A DNA stretch of 64,000 nt from Felis catus (taxonomy: Eukaryota): positions 102,488,001 to 102,552,000 of the forward strand of contig NC_058368.1 of assembly GCF_018350175.1 (NCBI RefSeq), read 5' to 3'. Of this stretch, positions 25,818 through 39,358 are shown in pieces. A model generated the notes under the pieces. It worked only from the letters and a program-made list of their open reading frames with translations, did not search any database and had not been told where the DNA came from. The position numbers were made by a program, and so were the translations under genes. Numbering within the stretch: position 1 is the first letter of the stretch; every line of letters starts with the position of its first letter.

Positions 25818-26269
25818 GGGGGCTTCTTAAGACCAGGTACAGACGGAATAACACAGAAGCAGCTGGAGCCTGTGAGGAGATTTTAGAGCGGGCCCTTCCG
25901 ACGCAACTGATGATGCGACCTTTCGGGAGTCTTTTCAGATGATGTCTTCTTCGTGCTTGTTCCTCCCTGGAATGTACCAGGGCATAAAATACACGTCGGC
26001 CTCCTCACACCAGACTCCACTTTACCTGCCCGACTGCTAACAGTTCAAGAACGGTTTCAGTAAATAAAGAGTTCTAGAAGTAGTTCCACTGTGGGACACT
26101 TGAGGCATGGCCACCTGCTGTTTGACAGGATTTGGCATGAACCCCGAGGGGGATTTAAGGGTCGTGGCCATCGAGGCGGGCTGGTCGCTAAGAATTCTCT
26201 TCAGAATCCTGGGAGTCTGAAACGATTCCAGCAAGAACACTCTACGGGCGTCACATTCCCTCGTTCCGC

Positions 26270-26370
26270 ACAGCTCCGGTACCTTCATTCTAAACCCTCC
26301 CATTTTGCAGAGGAGGAAAGCGAGGCCCCGAGCCGAGGAAACGCACCTGGCTTTCACAGTGGGCAAGGGA
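26270..26370 (-). mobile_element. MIR fragment
   Basis: ctcccattttgcagaggaggaaagcgaggcc. Confidence 0.6.
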
Positions 26371-26666
26371 TAACGTCTGCCAAAGCAGAGGAAGCAACAG
26401 ACACGCTCTAACAGAACCTCATTCGGTCGTTGTACGTACGTGTATTTTTACAACAAATGGGATGGGAGGAAGCGGGACTTACCAACGCTAGCTGAACAGC
26501 TGCATAGTTTCCATTTTCCTTTCAACTAGTCTCCCTTTTCTCTTAAGGCCAGCACACTCCAGTAACCACAGTGTCACAGCAATCACATCATTTTAATTTG
26601 GTTTTTCTCATGGTTGAGCCACACGTCTTCTGAGTACCGAGAACTCTGGAGGATTCTGCCACGGTA

Positions 26667-26699
<33 letters not shown>

Positions 26700-26720
26700 C
26701 AACAAGATCTGCTAAATGCA

Positions 26721-26946
26721 GGGGGGGCCCGGGGGGCTCAGTCAGTTAAGGATCCGACTCGATTTGGGCTCAGGCCATGGTCTCAGCGTTCTGGAGTTCG
26801 AGCCCCACAACTGCCTCTGCGCGGACAGCAGGGAGCCTGCTTGGGATTCTCTCTCCCTGTCTCTCTCTGCCCCTCCCCTGCGTGTGCACAGGCGCCCAAA
26901 CTCTCCCTCTCTCTCTCAAAAACATAAATAAAACATTTTTTTTTTT
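26721..26946 (+). mobile_element. Can-SINE (older)
   Basis: Diverged head, CT tract; TSD atctgcta. Confidence 0.87.
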
Positions 26947-28365
26947 AATCTGCTACAGGGATAGATTGAGAACACTGCAGCCAAAAAGATAAAGGAGAAT
27001 GTTTAACAAAGCAATGCCACGCGCTTTTTGCTGTGTGTGCTCACGCCCTTCCAGGATCTTAAGAAACACAGCATTTTGTATGAAATATAAAATGCTTCCC
27101 TTGCTCCCTTCTCATGGGGGGGCTGTGAAGGTGCATCGGGTCTCATGTGCTTTTTTTTTTAGTCAAGTAGTGTCACTCAAGTTGCTTTCCACAAATCAAG
27201 TAACCAAAAATTAAGAAGTTCATGTGCACAGAAGACAGGCTTTGGCTGCCTTCAAGCAATTTCACTGTTTTGATGTTGGCTTCTGATCAAGCATCTGACG
27301 CTTACCGACTGGCCTGGTCCTCCCACCACCCCTTTGTCACTTGGCATTAATTATCGGAAGGAAATAAATGGGGCCATGACACCACACACTGAACTGTACA
27401 AGTTGAAGCTGCCAGGATTTACGGACAGAATCACACAAATGGAGACTCCCTGATGATCCCCTTCCTGCGCGTTTTTCTACTTTCCAAAGCACGCAACGAT
27501 TTGCACTGTGTAAATACACGACAGTGAAGGGTGCACGGTCCAGGCATGGTATCTGCATCTCCCGTGAGTAAAGCGCAGCGTCAAAGCCTGGGTCTAGAAG
27601 AATCAAATGGGGGGTGGGGGGGCGGGGTGGATAACTGCCCATCGAGCCAGAACTCAGACCCCAGGGGATTTGGGTTAGCTGCCAGGCCTGGATTATTCTC
27701 CAGAAGAGGACCCCAGGGTGCTCCAGCCCGCCCTCTAATGAAACCTTGAGGTAAGCCTTTGTGGCTCACGAGACCCTTCCCAAGCCGTCACTGAAGCTAC
27801 TGCAACGCTGTGGTATCAAATTCTCCTTCAGACCCTGTCTCGATCTCCACTCAAGTCATAAATTCCCCACACGTTCTTTTCCTCCCTTCGCGAAAATGAA
27901 GACGGCGATGTCAACCGCAGTCACACTCAACATGTCATGCCTGGTTGAAATCCCACACTTGGCAATGTGCTACCGCAAGGAATTTCAAGCTCAGGAGGAC
28001 TGGTGGGGCGGACGATATCTATTTCAAGACGATATTTAATGCAGAAGTCAGATATAAAGGGAGACGTCCTAGAGGCAGTCTACTTTGGATTCTCTAGTAA
28101 ATGACGGAGGATTTTGTGGTTAATGCTCTCCGCCTGAATCACTCAAGACTTAACGTGTAGTCAATATAAGCCTAAGTCCCTCACTGCATTCTGCTTCTGT
28201 GTAAGCTGACCCTCCGTTCCCCTAATCCTACTGGGGTCATCTGTCCCAGTAGAACCTGCCACTTTTTTTAGAACTCCCGGGGAACAGGATACCGCTTTTG
28301 GGGTCACCTTTCCCAAACAGAGGCATCATGGAAAAGACAGGCTCAATATAAAGAAGGCTGTCATC

Positions 28366-28595
28366 AGGGCGCCGGGGTGGCTCGGTCCGTTGAGCATCCG
28401 ACTTCAGCTCAGGTCATGATCTCGCGGTTTGTGAGTTCGAGCCCCGCGTACAGTTCTGTGCTGACGGCTTGGAGCGCAGAACCTGCTTTGGATTCTCTGT
28501 CTCCCTCTGTCTCTGCCCCTCCCCTGATGGCGCTCTGTCTCTGTCTCTCAAAAATAAACATTAAAAAAAATTTTAAATAAAAAAAAAAGAAGAAG
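28366..28595 (+). mobile_element. Can-SINE
   Basis: TSD aagaag(g/a)c(t/c)gtcatc. Confidence 0.92.
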
Positions 28596-30095
28596 AAGAA
28601 GACCGTCATCGTTCCAGTCTATGGCCTCCTCACTTGCCCGCCCTTGGGTATTCAAAGACCCGTGGAGCTCAAAACACCTCTCGTCGCTCGCTTCCTGCCG
28701 CCAGCTCGGTTCCAGGCTCAGAGTGCGAAACCAAGGCTTCCAACCCCAACGGTGGTTCTTCTGTGCTTCCAGTATTCACCCCTGCCCCTGGTACGTTTGT
28801 CTGGGTAAGAAACAATAGGTGGACGCTCGAGGTGCTAGAAGAATCCCCTCTCCGTGAGTCCCGCCTGGGAGCGGCTGGCTCTTCAAATGTGCAAAAGCTG
28901 CGAAGTATTCTGGGGAAGCCGAGGAAGGCGGTGGAGAGCAGGCTTTGTGGTGCTACTCAAGCGAAATAAGACACATTAAATGTTCTCAGTCAGCTCTTGC
29001 GACTCGACCTACTTCAAAAGTTGTCTGTCAACGTGGCTATCGGGAAGACATATACATGACAACATACAAACTGTGCAGATGTACAAGTGAGTCCCCGAGG
29101 AGCTGGCGGGACACAGGCTGCCCGCCGAGCCAGAGAATGCGTGCCACTGCCGCTGAGGTACGGGAAGCGGTTGGCCATTTTTCCTCTTGTTATGAAACGC
29201 GTAGTCAAAAAACAACATTTTGGGTATTTCTGCAAAAATATTTGGTGAATATTAAATTAAAAAAAAAAAAACACATCTCACTCTATACGCCGAATTAAGT
29301 TCCCACATTTCAGTCAAAACCTCCAACTGACAAGCAAATGTTTATTTGCCTCGTAGCCTATTTTTAAAGTAACTGGTTGCATTCGCACATTCATACGCGC
29401 ACGCGCGCGCACACAGATTCAAACGCGAGGAAAGGCTGATCACATCAGGTACAAACTAGACATCCAGGAAGGACACAGAGCCATGAGACTCAGAGCGCCT
29501 GTGCCTCAGTTTCCCCGCCAGAGTAAAAGAGCTCATGAGGGGAGAAAATGCTAGTTAATTAGATGGTGTTGGCAGAGCACGGTGAAGTTCTCCAGGCAAA
29601 AGCATTCAGTTGTTCCGACCGAACGTGGCCAAACGTGCCACGCGTCACGTAAAGGAAAGGGCCGCGTTTCTAACACCCAGGGAGCGAAAACACCGCGCAA
29701 GTGTTTCGGATACGTATTTGAGTCAGAAGGCTTCGCGTGAAATGAATGCCACATACATGGGTGTGGCATATTTATACCTGTTCCACTTACTACGCAGTTA
29801 CAAGCGATTATCAAATGGGCGGCATGGGTCTTGCCTAACGCACATCACCTTTTATCCGACCTGTCTTGGGTCTTCTGACTGTTATATCGGACTTTGCTAG
29901 AGACTCTGCAGTTGTGCCCACGAGCCTAATTCTGCAAGCTCCTTGGGTGAGAACGGCTTTCTGCAACTTCGGACAGGCCTTCCCCCGGATTGTAGTCTAC
30001 TCTCCTTTGGCCAGAAAAATATCAGCCAATCTTATCTGAGCACAGAAGGGGTGAAGAAGGGTACAGGTGAGAACACGTTAGTAGATATTACTTTT

Positions 30096-30293
30096 CTTAA
30101 GTTTTGTTTGTTTTTGAGAGACAGAGAGAGAGCAGGTGAGAGCCAGAGACAGCGGGAGAGAGGGGATCCCGAACAGGCTCCCCACTGTCAGCACAGAGCC
30201 CGGCACGGGGCTCAAACTCATGAACTAAGAGATCATGACCTGGGCCAAGATCAAGAGCCGGACGCTCAACCGACTGAGCCACCCAGGCCCCCC
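30096..30293 (-). mobile_element. Can-SINE (older)
   Basis: TSD gtagatattactttt. Confidence 0.9.
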
Positions 30294-30390
30294 TCGTAGA
30301 TATTACTTTTAAAAACTACCTGGACAGTTCCTCTCACTACAGCTATACATGGAAGCAGCCAAAGGAAGAGGCTAAAGGAAAAAGAAAATA

Positions 30391-30845
30391 GGGGCGCCTG
30401 GGTGGCTCAGTCGGTTAAGCGTCCGACTTCAGCTCAGGTCATGATCTCGCGGTCCGTGGGTTCGAACCCCGCGTCGGGCTCTGTGCTGACGGCTCAGAGC
30501 CTGGAGCCTGTTTCCGATTCTGTGTCTCCCTCTTCCTCTGACCCTCCCCTGTTCATGCTCTCTCTCTGTCTGTCTCAAAAATAAATAAATGTTGGGGCGC
30601 CTGGGTGGCGCAGTCGGTTAAGCGTCCGACTTCAGCCAGGTCACGATCTCACGGTCCGTGAGTTCGAGCCCCACATCAGGCTCTGGGCTGATGGCTCGGA
30701 GCCTGGAGCCTGTTTCCGATTCTGTGTCTCCCTCTCTCTCTGCCCCTCCCCCGTTCATGCTCTGTCTCTCTCTGTCCCAAAAATAAATAAACGTTGAAAA
30801 ACAAAATTAAAAAAAAAAAATAAATGTTAAAAAAAAAGTTTTAAA
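30391..30845 (+). mobile_element. Can-SINE (outer) with second SINE in its tail
   Basis: Outer TSD taaaggaaaaagaaaata (30373-30390 / 30846-30863). Confidence 0.93.
30594..30817 (+). mobile_element. Can-SINE (inner, young)
   Basis: TSD aaataaatgtt. Confidence 0.94.
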
Positions 30846-31149
30846 TAAAGGAAAAAGAAAATAAATGTTGGAAGTGGGCGGGGGGGGCAAGGCGAGGCTG
30901 GGGTGTGCTAGGGCAGAACCGGCACAAAGCCTGAGTATGTCAAGTGACAAATTACAGATTATCAACAAATCACAAGGTGCAAAGGATTTCCATAAAGGTT
31001 CTGTCCTTCGCCCATCCTTCTTCTGAAGGAGCAGAACCCAAGACTATGCATCTGACTTACAACCTCATCCCTGTTGTCATGACAACGTGTCAGTGAGCCC
31101 AAAGGCAGGAAGGTTAGATGAGAAGGGCATTCGCAACCAGGGCCAGATA

Positions 31150-31960
31150 CACAGGTACAACATTTTGGGAAAGTGGTTACGCACAAGTATTTAGTAACGC
31201 CTATTAAAAGTGTTTGCGTCCTTTGACTCAGCGATTGTTTCCGAAACGCTGACCCTACGATAGTAACCGCCAAGTCGTAAAACGATACAAATACTTCACA
31301 CACAAACATATACCATGCAGGGTGATACTTATCTCAGAGGCTGAAGGCAATGTAAATATCCATCCTTAGAGGAATTTGCATTAAATTTTGTGTGTCCGTG
31401 CCATAAAATGTTTTATATCAACAAAAAGAACGTCTTAGAAAGCGGTTTCATAACATCAGAAATGCTTATGGTTTAATGTTAAGATTAAAAGAGAAAGCAA
31501 TATTCAAAAGCGTATTCGCCAGATGATCTCAAATACATTTTTTTTTTCTTTAACGCATATTTAAAAAGCTAAGGAGGGGCGCCTGGATGGCTCAGTCAGT
31601 TGAGCATTTGACTCTTGATTTCAGCTCGGGTCATGATCTCCTGGCTCCTGAGTTGCAGCGGCACGTCGGGCTCTGCGCTGACAGTCTGGAGCCTGCTCAG
31701 GATTCTCTCTCCCTCTCTCTCTCTGCCCCTCCCCCACTTGCGCGCACAAACACGCACGCTCTCTCTCTCTCTCAGAATAAATGGATAAACTTTTAAAAAG
31801 TAAAATAAAATAAACAAACAGCTAAGGAGCAAACCAACAAATTCAAGTGGTTGCCTGAATAGTGAGATTAAAGGTGATTTGGTTTTTCTTCTACCTTTTG
31901 GGTGTTTCCCCTCTGCGGGTGTCCTAAAATGACCAGATATTCCTTTTATCACCAGAAAAT
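31150..31960 (+). mobile_element. Old L1 (L1ME-type) 3' fragment interrupted by SINE
   Basis: ggtacaacattttgggaaag, cctttgactcagcgatt, aaatatccatc, aatgttaag..aaaag, agtggttgcct. Confidence 0.6.
31576..31819 (+). mobile_element. Can-SINE (older)
   Basis: TSD agctaaggag. Confidence 0.9.
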
Positions 31961-32254
31961 TAAAACCCTACCGAGGGTACGAATGACTGAGGGGAATAAG
32001 CAAACCGAATTATTTTGTTGCCCCTTTTTTTGGAGATGGGTCTAGGAAGAGCAAGATGGGGAGGTGAATTACAATACAATGTAATCACATTTTATAATGG
32101 CTTCCTCCTCGCCCCCCCCCCCAAAAAAAATCAGTGACAAAGTAGATTTGCAGAGCTATATTTTCCAGATTGTCTAGGCCAAACTTAATTTAAAAGTAAC
32201 ATATTCTTGACTAGAAAGCTACACTACACAGGTATCAAGACCATACCACTTTGT

Positions 32255-32390
32255 TCCGTGAATTTATTCAACATTCAACAAATATGTATGGCACACTTAC
32301 TCTGTGCCAGGCGCTGGGGATCCAACAGTGAACAAAACAGATGGGATCTGTGGACTAAAGAAGCTTCCAGCTTAGTGGGGCAGAAAGGGA
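32255..32390 (-). mobile_element. L2 3' end
   Basis: cattcaacaaatatgtat..cacttactctgtgccaggcgctggggat..cagtgaacaaaacag. Confidence 0.8.
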
Positions 32391-32623
32391 TGGTTTGTAT
32401 ACATCAACCCAGCTGAAGCTGATTCAGTGACTCCTGCCAAAATCAGACGCTACCCTTATAAAGAATTTCCTATCGTTCTGTGCTTAAAAACAAAGACGCC
32501 AGTTACTACATCACATCTTACGCCCTCTTTCCAAAGAGTGCTGCGTGAAATACATGGGCACTTTTGTGCAGTGGAAATCCCGGACACCTAGGCAGGAGTA
32601 GCTGTGAAGAGTAAGGGGTCTCC

Positions 32624-32850
32624 AGGGCACCTGGGTGGTTCAATGAGTTAAGTATCCAACTTCAGCTCAGGTCATGATCTCGCGGTCCGGTCGGTGAGTT
32701 CGAGCCCCGCGTCGGGCTCTGTGCTGACAGCTCAGAGCCTGCAGCCTGCTTCGGAGTCTGTGTCTCCCTCTCTCTCTGTCTCTCTCTCTGTCTCTCTCTC
32801 TCTCTCTCCCTCCCTCTCAAAAATAAACATTAAAAAAAAGAGAGAGAGAG
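32624..32850 (+). mobile_element. Can-SINE
   Basis: TSD agag(t/c)aaggggtctcca. Confidence 0.92.
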
Positions 32851-33084
32851 AGAGCAAGGGGTCTCCAAGTCTTGCTGCCTTGCACAGAGAAATCCCTTTC
32901 TAAGTCTCCTTCATAAACATACAGATGATAACAGTGCACTTTGCATTCTGTTCTAAGGATTAAAGGAAATTATCTAGGAGGCATGTCTAGCACAATGCCT
33001 GGTACAAACACTCAACAAATCAATCCCTTCTCTCATCCATAAAATACACATTAAAGCAACGAAGAGTCAAAGACAACGATGCCA

Positions 33085-33295
33085 ATGAAATGGGGGCTGG
33101 GGTAAGCGGGAGTGACTGCTGGTGGGATACAGGGATTCCTTGAGGTAATGAAATTGTTCGAAAATTAACTGTGGTGATGGTTGCGGAACTCCTTAATACA
33201 TTCAAAAAAAATAAATAAATAAACCCGCTGAATTATCCACTTTAAATGGATGGATTGTATGCTGTGTGAATTAGATCTCAATCAAGTTGCTATAA
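33085..33295 (+). mobile_element. L1MB/MC-type 3' terminus
   Basis: gggagtgactgct...tgtggtgatggttgc...cactttaaatgg...tgtgaattagatctcaat. Confidence 0.8.
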
Positions 33296-33418
33296 ACACT
33301 GTATGTAAAAAGTTAATGAAATACTCGCCATCAACATTCCCAGGGGGGCCAAAAAACGATTCTCTGCAACCAATGAGAGTATCTTCATTTTTGTGATTAG
33401 GAAACAAACAGGCCTTCA

Positions 33419-33602
33419 GGGGCGCCTGGGCAGCTCAGTCGGTTAAGCATCCGACTCTTAATTTTGGCTCAGGTCATGATCTCGTGGTCTGGCGATCCGG
33501 ATGGAGCTTGCTTAAGATTCTCTCTCTCCTTCTCCCTCTGCCCCTCCCCCGTGCACTCCCTCTCTCTCAAAAAAAAATAAATAAATAAAAGAAAAAGAAA
33601 AA
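33419..33602 (+). mobile_element. Can-SINE (internally shortened)
   Basis: Head and CT/A tail present, middle deleted. Confidence 0.85.
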
Positions 33603-35275
33603 TATGTCTTCAGTTCAAAGTCACTATAATATTAAGACTCAAGATTTTCTTACCAACTTCTTTATAGGGAAAAGCAAACCAAAGGAGGACAACACTATAC
33701 ACGCGAATCTTAGAACACAGCTTCTTAAATCTTTTACTATTATACTCAAGTCCTAAGGGCAGTTCCATTTTACATGTCTTACATTCTGTATTCACATCTA
33801 CAAGTTTCGCTACCGTATCAACCAACCAAAGGTTAACAAAAGGCCTTTACGCGGGGAGTTTAAGACTGACTGCTTCACTACTTAACACGTAATGTCAACA
33901 CCAAAATATACACACAAGTGACACAAAAAGAACCAATGTTTGGTCTGAAAACATGAAGCTGAATCCTAACAGCGGCTTATTTTTCACGCTGACAAGCGGT
34001 GATGTGACTGTGGTATTGCTTTCCAGCAGAACGTGCCATCAGTCATCCTATCAGATGGGTGTCCCATTACCTCATCAGGAAAGCATAAAACAGGTAGGTC
34101 CAGAGGAAAGGAAAGCCCAGGAAGACGGCCCAGGCAAGCCCTCCCTTGGTCCCTCCCTTATACTCCCCTTCATTCATAAATCTTTACACAGTGCACAGCG
34201 CAAGCACCCGGCCCCCATGTTTGATTTCTGATTTTTTGGTGAGACTGGTAACGCGAGTTTCTGTGATGTGAAAAAAACCAAGCAACTTCGATGTGCATTG
34301 TAACTGTTTCTAATCCACATCCTTAGACCAAGCTCGTTTTTATTAGAAGAAAAGTTTTTCGCCACCGAACACAGAATGATCACATACCCAAGATGGTATG
34401 CGGTCCAGCAAACATACAGAGAGGGTTTGCCAGCTGGGTTGCCTTTCGCCTGTGAAAACAGGTGGGGCTTGGGCACTCTGCAGGCCCATCCTGGAGCTGC
34501 TCGTCACCAAGGGTGACGAACGCCCAGCGGGGCGAGGATACAATGTTGGCCAATACACAGAGCGGCACTGACTAGTAGTTCCTCCAGCCCTCCAACCCTC
34601 TGTTGAGCTCACGGTGAACAGCAAGGCCGGACGGCTTTTTTTCCACTAGCCCAGTGACTAACCGGCTGGGCCCACCAGCGAAACTCACAGACCACAGGCT
34701 GGTTTATTTACCTCCATTTAGCACATCACTGATAGAGGAGAAGGGCGTCCGTGAGCCATCTTCACGTTCCCCGTGGCTGCATAGCTCTTAATCCTCCCTG
34801 GCGTGGCAGGTAACGAAATGAGAAGCGAAAGCGGGCATCCGACTCGCCTTGTGAGTCAAAGCTGAATTTATAAAATCACTGGGAAATACCTCAATAATAA
34901 CATTTCACTTGGTGAAAAAAAAGTTAACGCACCAACCCCGTGCTCCAATACCGAAACCACAAAGCGGGCCGGGATTCGTATTTAATCTCTTCTCCAATCA
35001 AAATTGAAAAAGGAAGTCCCAGTTCCAGGAACAGGTTTGGGCAGTCGATACCGCAGAATAGGAGTAACAACACCGTACGTCGGATCTGTCGTCAATTTAT
35101 ACAGGATCGTTTGCCTTTTAAGGACTTAACTTGAAACCCCTCTGCTTCCCATGTAAACACTATCCTCTTTGTGACTTTGGAGATGCGGGAGAAGCAGGAG
35201 AACTGAAGAGCATCTCTGGTGGTTTGAAGACAATCACTGACTTCCCCAACCGGTCACCTTTAAACATTCATTCTT

Positions 35276-35491
35276 GGGGCGCCTGGGTGGCGCAGTCGGT
35301 TAAGCGTCCGACTTCAGCTCAGGTCACGATCTCGCGGTCCGTGAGTTCGAGCCCCGTGTCGGGCTCTGGGCTGATGGCTCAGAGCCTGGAGCCTGCTTCC
35401 GATTCTGTGTCTCCCTCTCTCTCTGCCCCTCCCCCGTTCATGCTCTGTCTCTCTCTGTCCCAAAAATAAATAAACGTTGAAAAAAAAATTT
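35276..35491 (+). mobile_element. Can-SINE
   Basis: TSD tttaaacattcattctt. Confidence 0.95.
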
Positions 35492-35508
35492 TTTAAACAT
35501 TCATTCTT

Positions 35509-35724
35509 GGGGCGCCTGGGTGGCTCAGTCGGTAAGCGTCCGACTTCAGTTCAGGTCATGATCTCATGGTTCGGGAGTTCAAGCCCCGCGTCGGGCTCTG
35601 GGCCGACAGCTCACAGCCCGGAGCCTGCTTCAGATTCTGTGTCTCCCTCTCTCTCTGCTCCTCCCCCACTCACACTCCGTCTCTCTCTCAAAAATAAATA
35701 AACATCAAAAAAAAAAAAAATTTA
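35509..35724 (+). mobile_element. Can-SINE
   Basis: TSD aaacatt(c/a)attc. Confidence 0.93.
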
Positions 35725-36367
35725 AAACATTAATTCCCAAGACTGCTGTTCTTGGAAAACACACAGAACATCAGATGGAGAAACTCAAAGAACCATTCTT
35801 CCTTTTACACCAGATGCTAATAAGTCTTCTCTAAAAAAAACACACTTACTCACTTTAATAAGCTGCCAGTTGCGTTTTCACTGTCCCCTCTGAAAGCTCC
35901 CAGTGATGCTGGGAGTCCAGTCTTTTATTTGCTGCTTTATTATTAACTTTTCTTTACTACTCTGGGTTTCTGAACTATTTCAAAAATGATTCAGCAGAAA
36001 CCACACAGAAACGAAGGCACCATTTCTGGCTCAGTGAAGAACCACGTAGGAAGGTCCACACCACCATATTAATAAATCAGGAAGAGTGGTACCAATCGGA
36101 TGTTCATTACACCCCAAAACCTCTGTGAAGGCCAGGTTCGGGATCAAACGCCGGACCCCCTTTGTCATTAGCACAGGGGTGAAATGGTGAAGTTCACCAG
36201 CCACACTACAGCATCTGGACAGACATTATCTACCCTGCAAGGTAAACAGGGCGAGGGTGCCTGTCCACTCCATCCCTGAGAAAATGAGGCAATAACACAG
36301 TGACTTCCTTAAAGGGAAAAGGTCAAGCAGTTTGCAAAGGGTGAGGACATCCCCTCTTTCCCCCGAG

Positions 36368-36570
36368 ACACTGGTTCTCCATCCTGTTTGCACATTAGAA
36401 TCCCCTGGGGAGTACTGGAAAAAAAAATAATCAGACAAAAAACCCCACCAAGGCCAGGTCAGCAAACCAGAGCAAAGTGCCATCCCAGACCAAGCCTAGA
36501 AGTGGTGCCCGGGCGTGTGTGAGTAGCTCTCCGGGTGGTTCAAAGGCACAGGGTTGAGAACCCCAGGCCT
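36368..36570. mobile_element. MER5A-like hAT MITE
   Basis: cactggttctc...gcacattagaatcccctgggga...gggttgagaacc (terminal inverted repeats). Confidence 0.7.
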
Positions 36571-37362
36571 CTACCTCTAGATGCTTTAAAGGCCACAGTA
36601 AATGACAGTTGTACCAAGGAAACACAGCTGTGTAGCTGAACCAAGTATGTTCTCAGATAGGGAAAAAAAAAAAAAAAAAAACCAGGGAGGGAGAAAAAGT
36701 CCAATAAGAAATACGATTTAATAAAATTCCAAAGGAAAATGCGTTCATGAGAGCTAAAGAGCCAAGCTCAACAGGTAGGTATTTACACTCCACATTTTTT
36801 CTGGTTTTATGTCCCCCACGCCCACCCCCACCCCCCAGAAGAGCAAATTTCCAAACAAATAACTATACACAGGCATGTGCGTCCCAAATGTCAGGAGTGA
36901 AACGCTAAGGAAATTCTTTCCAACATCTGAGAGTAATTTTGTACAATACCTCATTGCTCCTATGTGCTCACCTTAAAGAAGCAAAAGCAGAGTAAAATAA
37001 CTAAACATCCAAATGCAGTAATAGTTTTTCTCTCCTATTAAGCACGCTCTGAAACCCACTAATTATTTCCAGAGGGAACTTCTCTCGTAACATGGTACTC
37101 CGGAGGACAATTTGGTTCTCAGGCAACCAGGACTCCATGTACTGGCGGTAACACTAAGGGGAAAGTCTGTGACTCAAAGAAGCCTCCAGAAATGAGAGAT
37201 TCCCAGCACAAGAAATAATTAATATTTAGTGGGGATTTCATAGTTCAGTCTTGCTGTTCCCCACTACCTTCCCAAAAACAAGAAAAAAATCGTAAGAACA
37301 CTCAATGTTCCCCCAAAGACTGCAGACACGAGCTCTTAACACTTCTAGGACCTTCAATATAG

Positions 37363-37414
37363 ATGCGCGCGCGCGCACACACACACACACACACGCACGC
37401 ACGCATACACACAC
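37363..37414. repeat. (GC)n(AC)n alternating purine-pyrimidine tract
   Basis: Read directly. Confidence 0.9.
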
Positions 37415-37790
37415 CTATGAATGCACCTAACACATTAGGTTTGTTACAAACACCACCAGGTACACAATAACCTCAAAATGAAACTACAAGGGAAGAAATT
37501 TTTTTCAGCTTAATCTACAGGACATGAGTCCCAGGCAACTGACAGTTTCCTGCCTGTTTCCTAAGTGCTCAGTTTGCCTTTTGTTAACGAAACCCCCATT
37601 CTAGAAAACTAATGTGGCTTCCTTTCCCCTCTCCTTCTTCGCAAACCCATTCTCTTTTAACTCTGCCCAATAACCGGCTCCAAATGTGTTTGTTCTGTTT
37701 CTCTCTTTGTTTTTCCCCAAGGGGAAAAATTAATGGTCGAGTGGGTTTAATTTTTAAATTGGTCCAAGAGGTTTAAAGAGGCTGTACTGA

Positions 37791-37829
37791 GAAGAAGAAG
37801 AAGAAGAAGAAGAAGAAAAAAAAAAAAAA
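37791..37829. repeat. (GAA)n followed by poly-A
   Basis: Read directly. Confidence 0.9.
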
Positions 37830-39149
37830 GGCAAATGGAACTCTCTTGAAAATGGTTACACATTAAACACATATCTTACCGTCCAGGCTAAGGAGGGGTT
37901 TTTTTTTTGTTTGTTTTGTTCTTTAAATAAGGAGAGTTCTTAAATTCTGTTGGAGGTCTGAAGTTTAGTTTATTCAGCAAGAATAACTCTGTTCACTGCT
38001 CTAGCTCCTTCTTGTCACCACCATCAACATCCACACATTCCAAACCCTGGAAAATGTGAGGGAGTAACAAGGAGGCTGGGGCTGCAGAAGGTTCCACGCC
38101 CGTGTCCAAAAAGCACCTAAAGCTGCCAGCGTGCCCCGTGGGGACGGAAGACAACCTTGGGGACGGATGGGTCACAGCACACAGAAGCAGGTGCACAGAC
38201 TCAGGAGACGGATTTCTCAGAGAACCGAGCACAACTGGGGAGGCTGTACCTGCATCACCACCAAATAAAACTAATAAAAAATAATAATCGTAATAATGAA
38301 ACACCACAAAGCTCTTTGACCGTTTGCCCAGAGTTACTACAGGCTTTTGAATACAATTGGCTTTTTTCTCAGTAACCTCATCTCTTCTTAGAAGCTAAGG
38401 TTCAAGTCAAAACCAAGCAGACTTCCAAGCCACGGGAAAAATAACCCGAGACTTACAGGCATGCCAGAAAGTTTGTGGCTAATTTTACAACATGCACCGC
38501 CCAGTGAGGTCACACTGCAGGAAGTCGGTCCTGTCGCACACAGGAATAAATAAAATAATGACAAGCAATAAGCCAACGGGCGCTAAGTCGTAGCGGAGAA
38601 ATAAACGGGAGGTGGCACCTCGCCCAAATGAGCGAGCGATTCAAGTCCAAGAAAAATCTTTCTTTCAAGTTTATGGAAAGTAACCCTTAGCCTTTCCAAA
38701 TCTTTTTCTGTTCCTGAATCCTCGGTACCCGGACTCATGATTTAACTACAACATGAGATTCGTGTGTCGCTTCCTTCTCTGTACTTTTCTCACCAACGTA
38801 CCAGTCGGACGCCCTTGGCCACCACTTTTCTAAGGAAAACCCGAGAAGACAGAGGGTGTGCAACGCAAAGAGAGGCCAGAGGAGAGGGGCTGCTCCCCAC
38901 ACAGAAGCCCTTGCCCAGAGAGGGTGTTTCAACAGGTAAGCAAGAGAGGGAAATTTTAATTCCAGCTCCTCCTAATCTGGTTACAGGGGGCCAAGGCTTC
39001 CCCCTTAAAAGTACAAAGAGGATGGGGCCCCCCAAAACACCAAGCGTTTCTAAAGCTAAAAGTGAACTTTAACTAGCACTTTCGGTTGAAAGAAAGAGAG
39101 AGAGCCCTTCGTATCTGCTGCTTTCATTCACCTCCTCTGGTTCCTTCTT

Positions 39150-39358
39150 TCAACATTTATTTATTTTTTGGGGACAGAGAGAGACAGAGCATGAACGGGG
39201 GAGGGGCAGAGAGAGAGGGAGACACAGAATCGGAAACAAGGCTCCAGGCTCCGAGCCATCAGCCCAGAGCCCGACGCGGGGCTCGAACTCACGGACCCTG
39301 CGAGATCGCGACCTGGCTGAAGTCGGACGCTTAACCGACTGCGCCACCCAGGCGCCCC
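39150..39358 (-). mobile_element. Can-SINE (young, very short tail)
   Basis: TSD cctctggttccttctt. Confidence 0.95.

Noticed and set aside
37874..37895. 8-nt micro-exon-like ccttag|CCTGGACG|gtaaga on the minus strand
   Set aside because: The upstream tract is A-rich rather than pyrimidine-rich; too weak.
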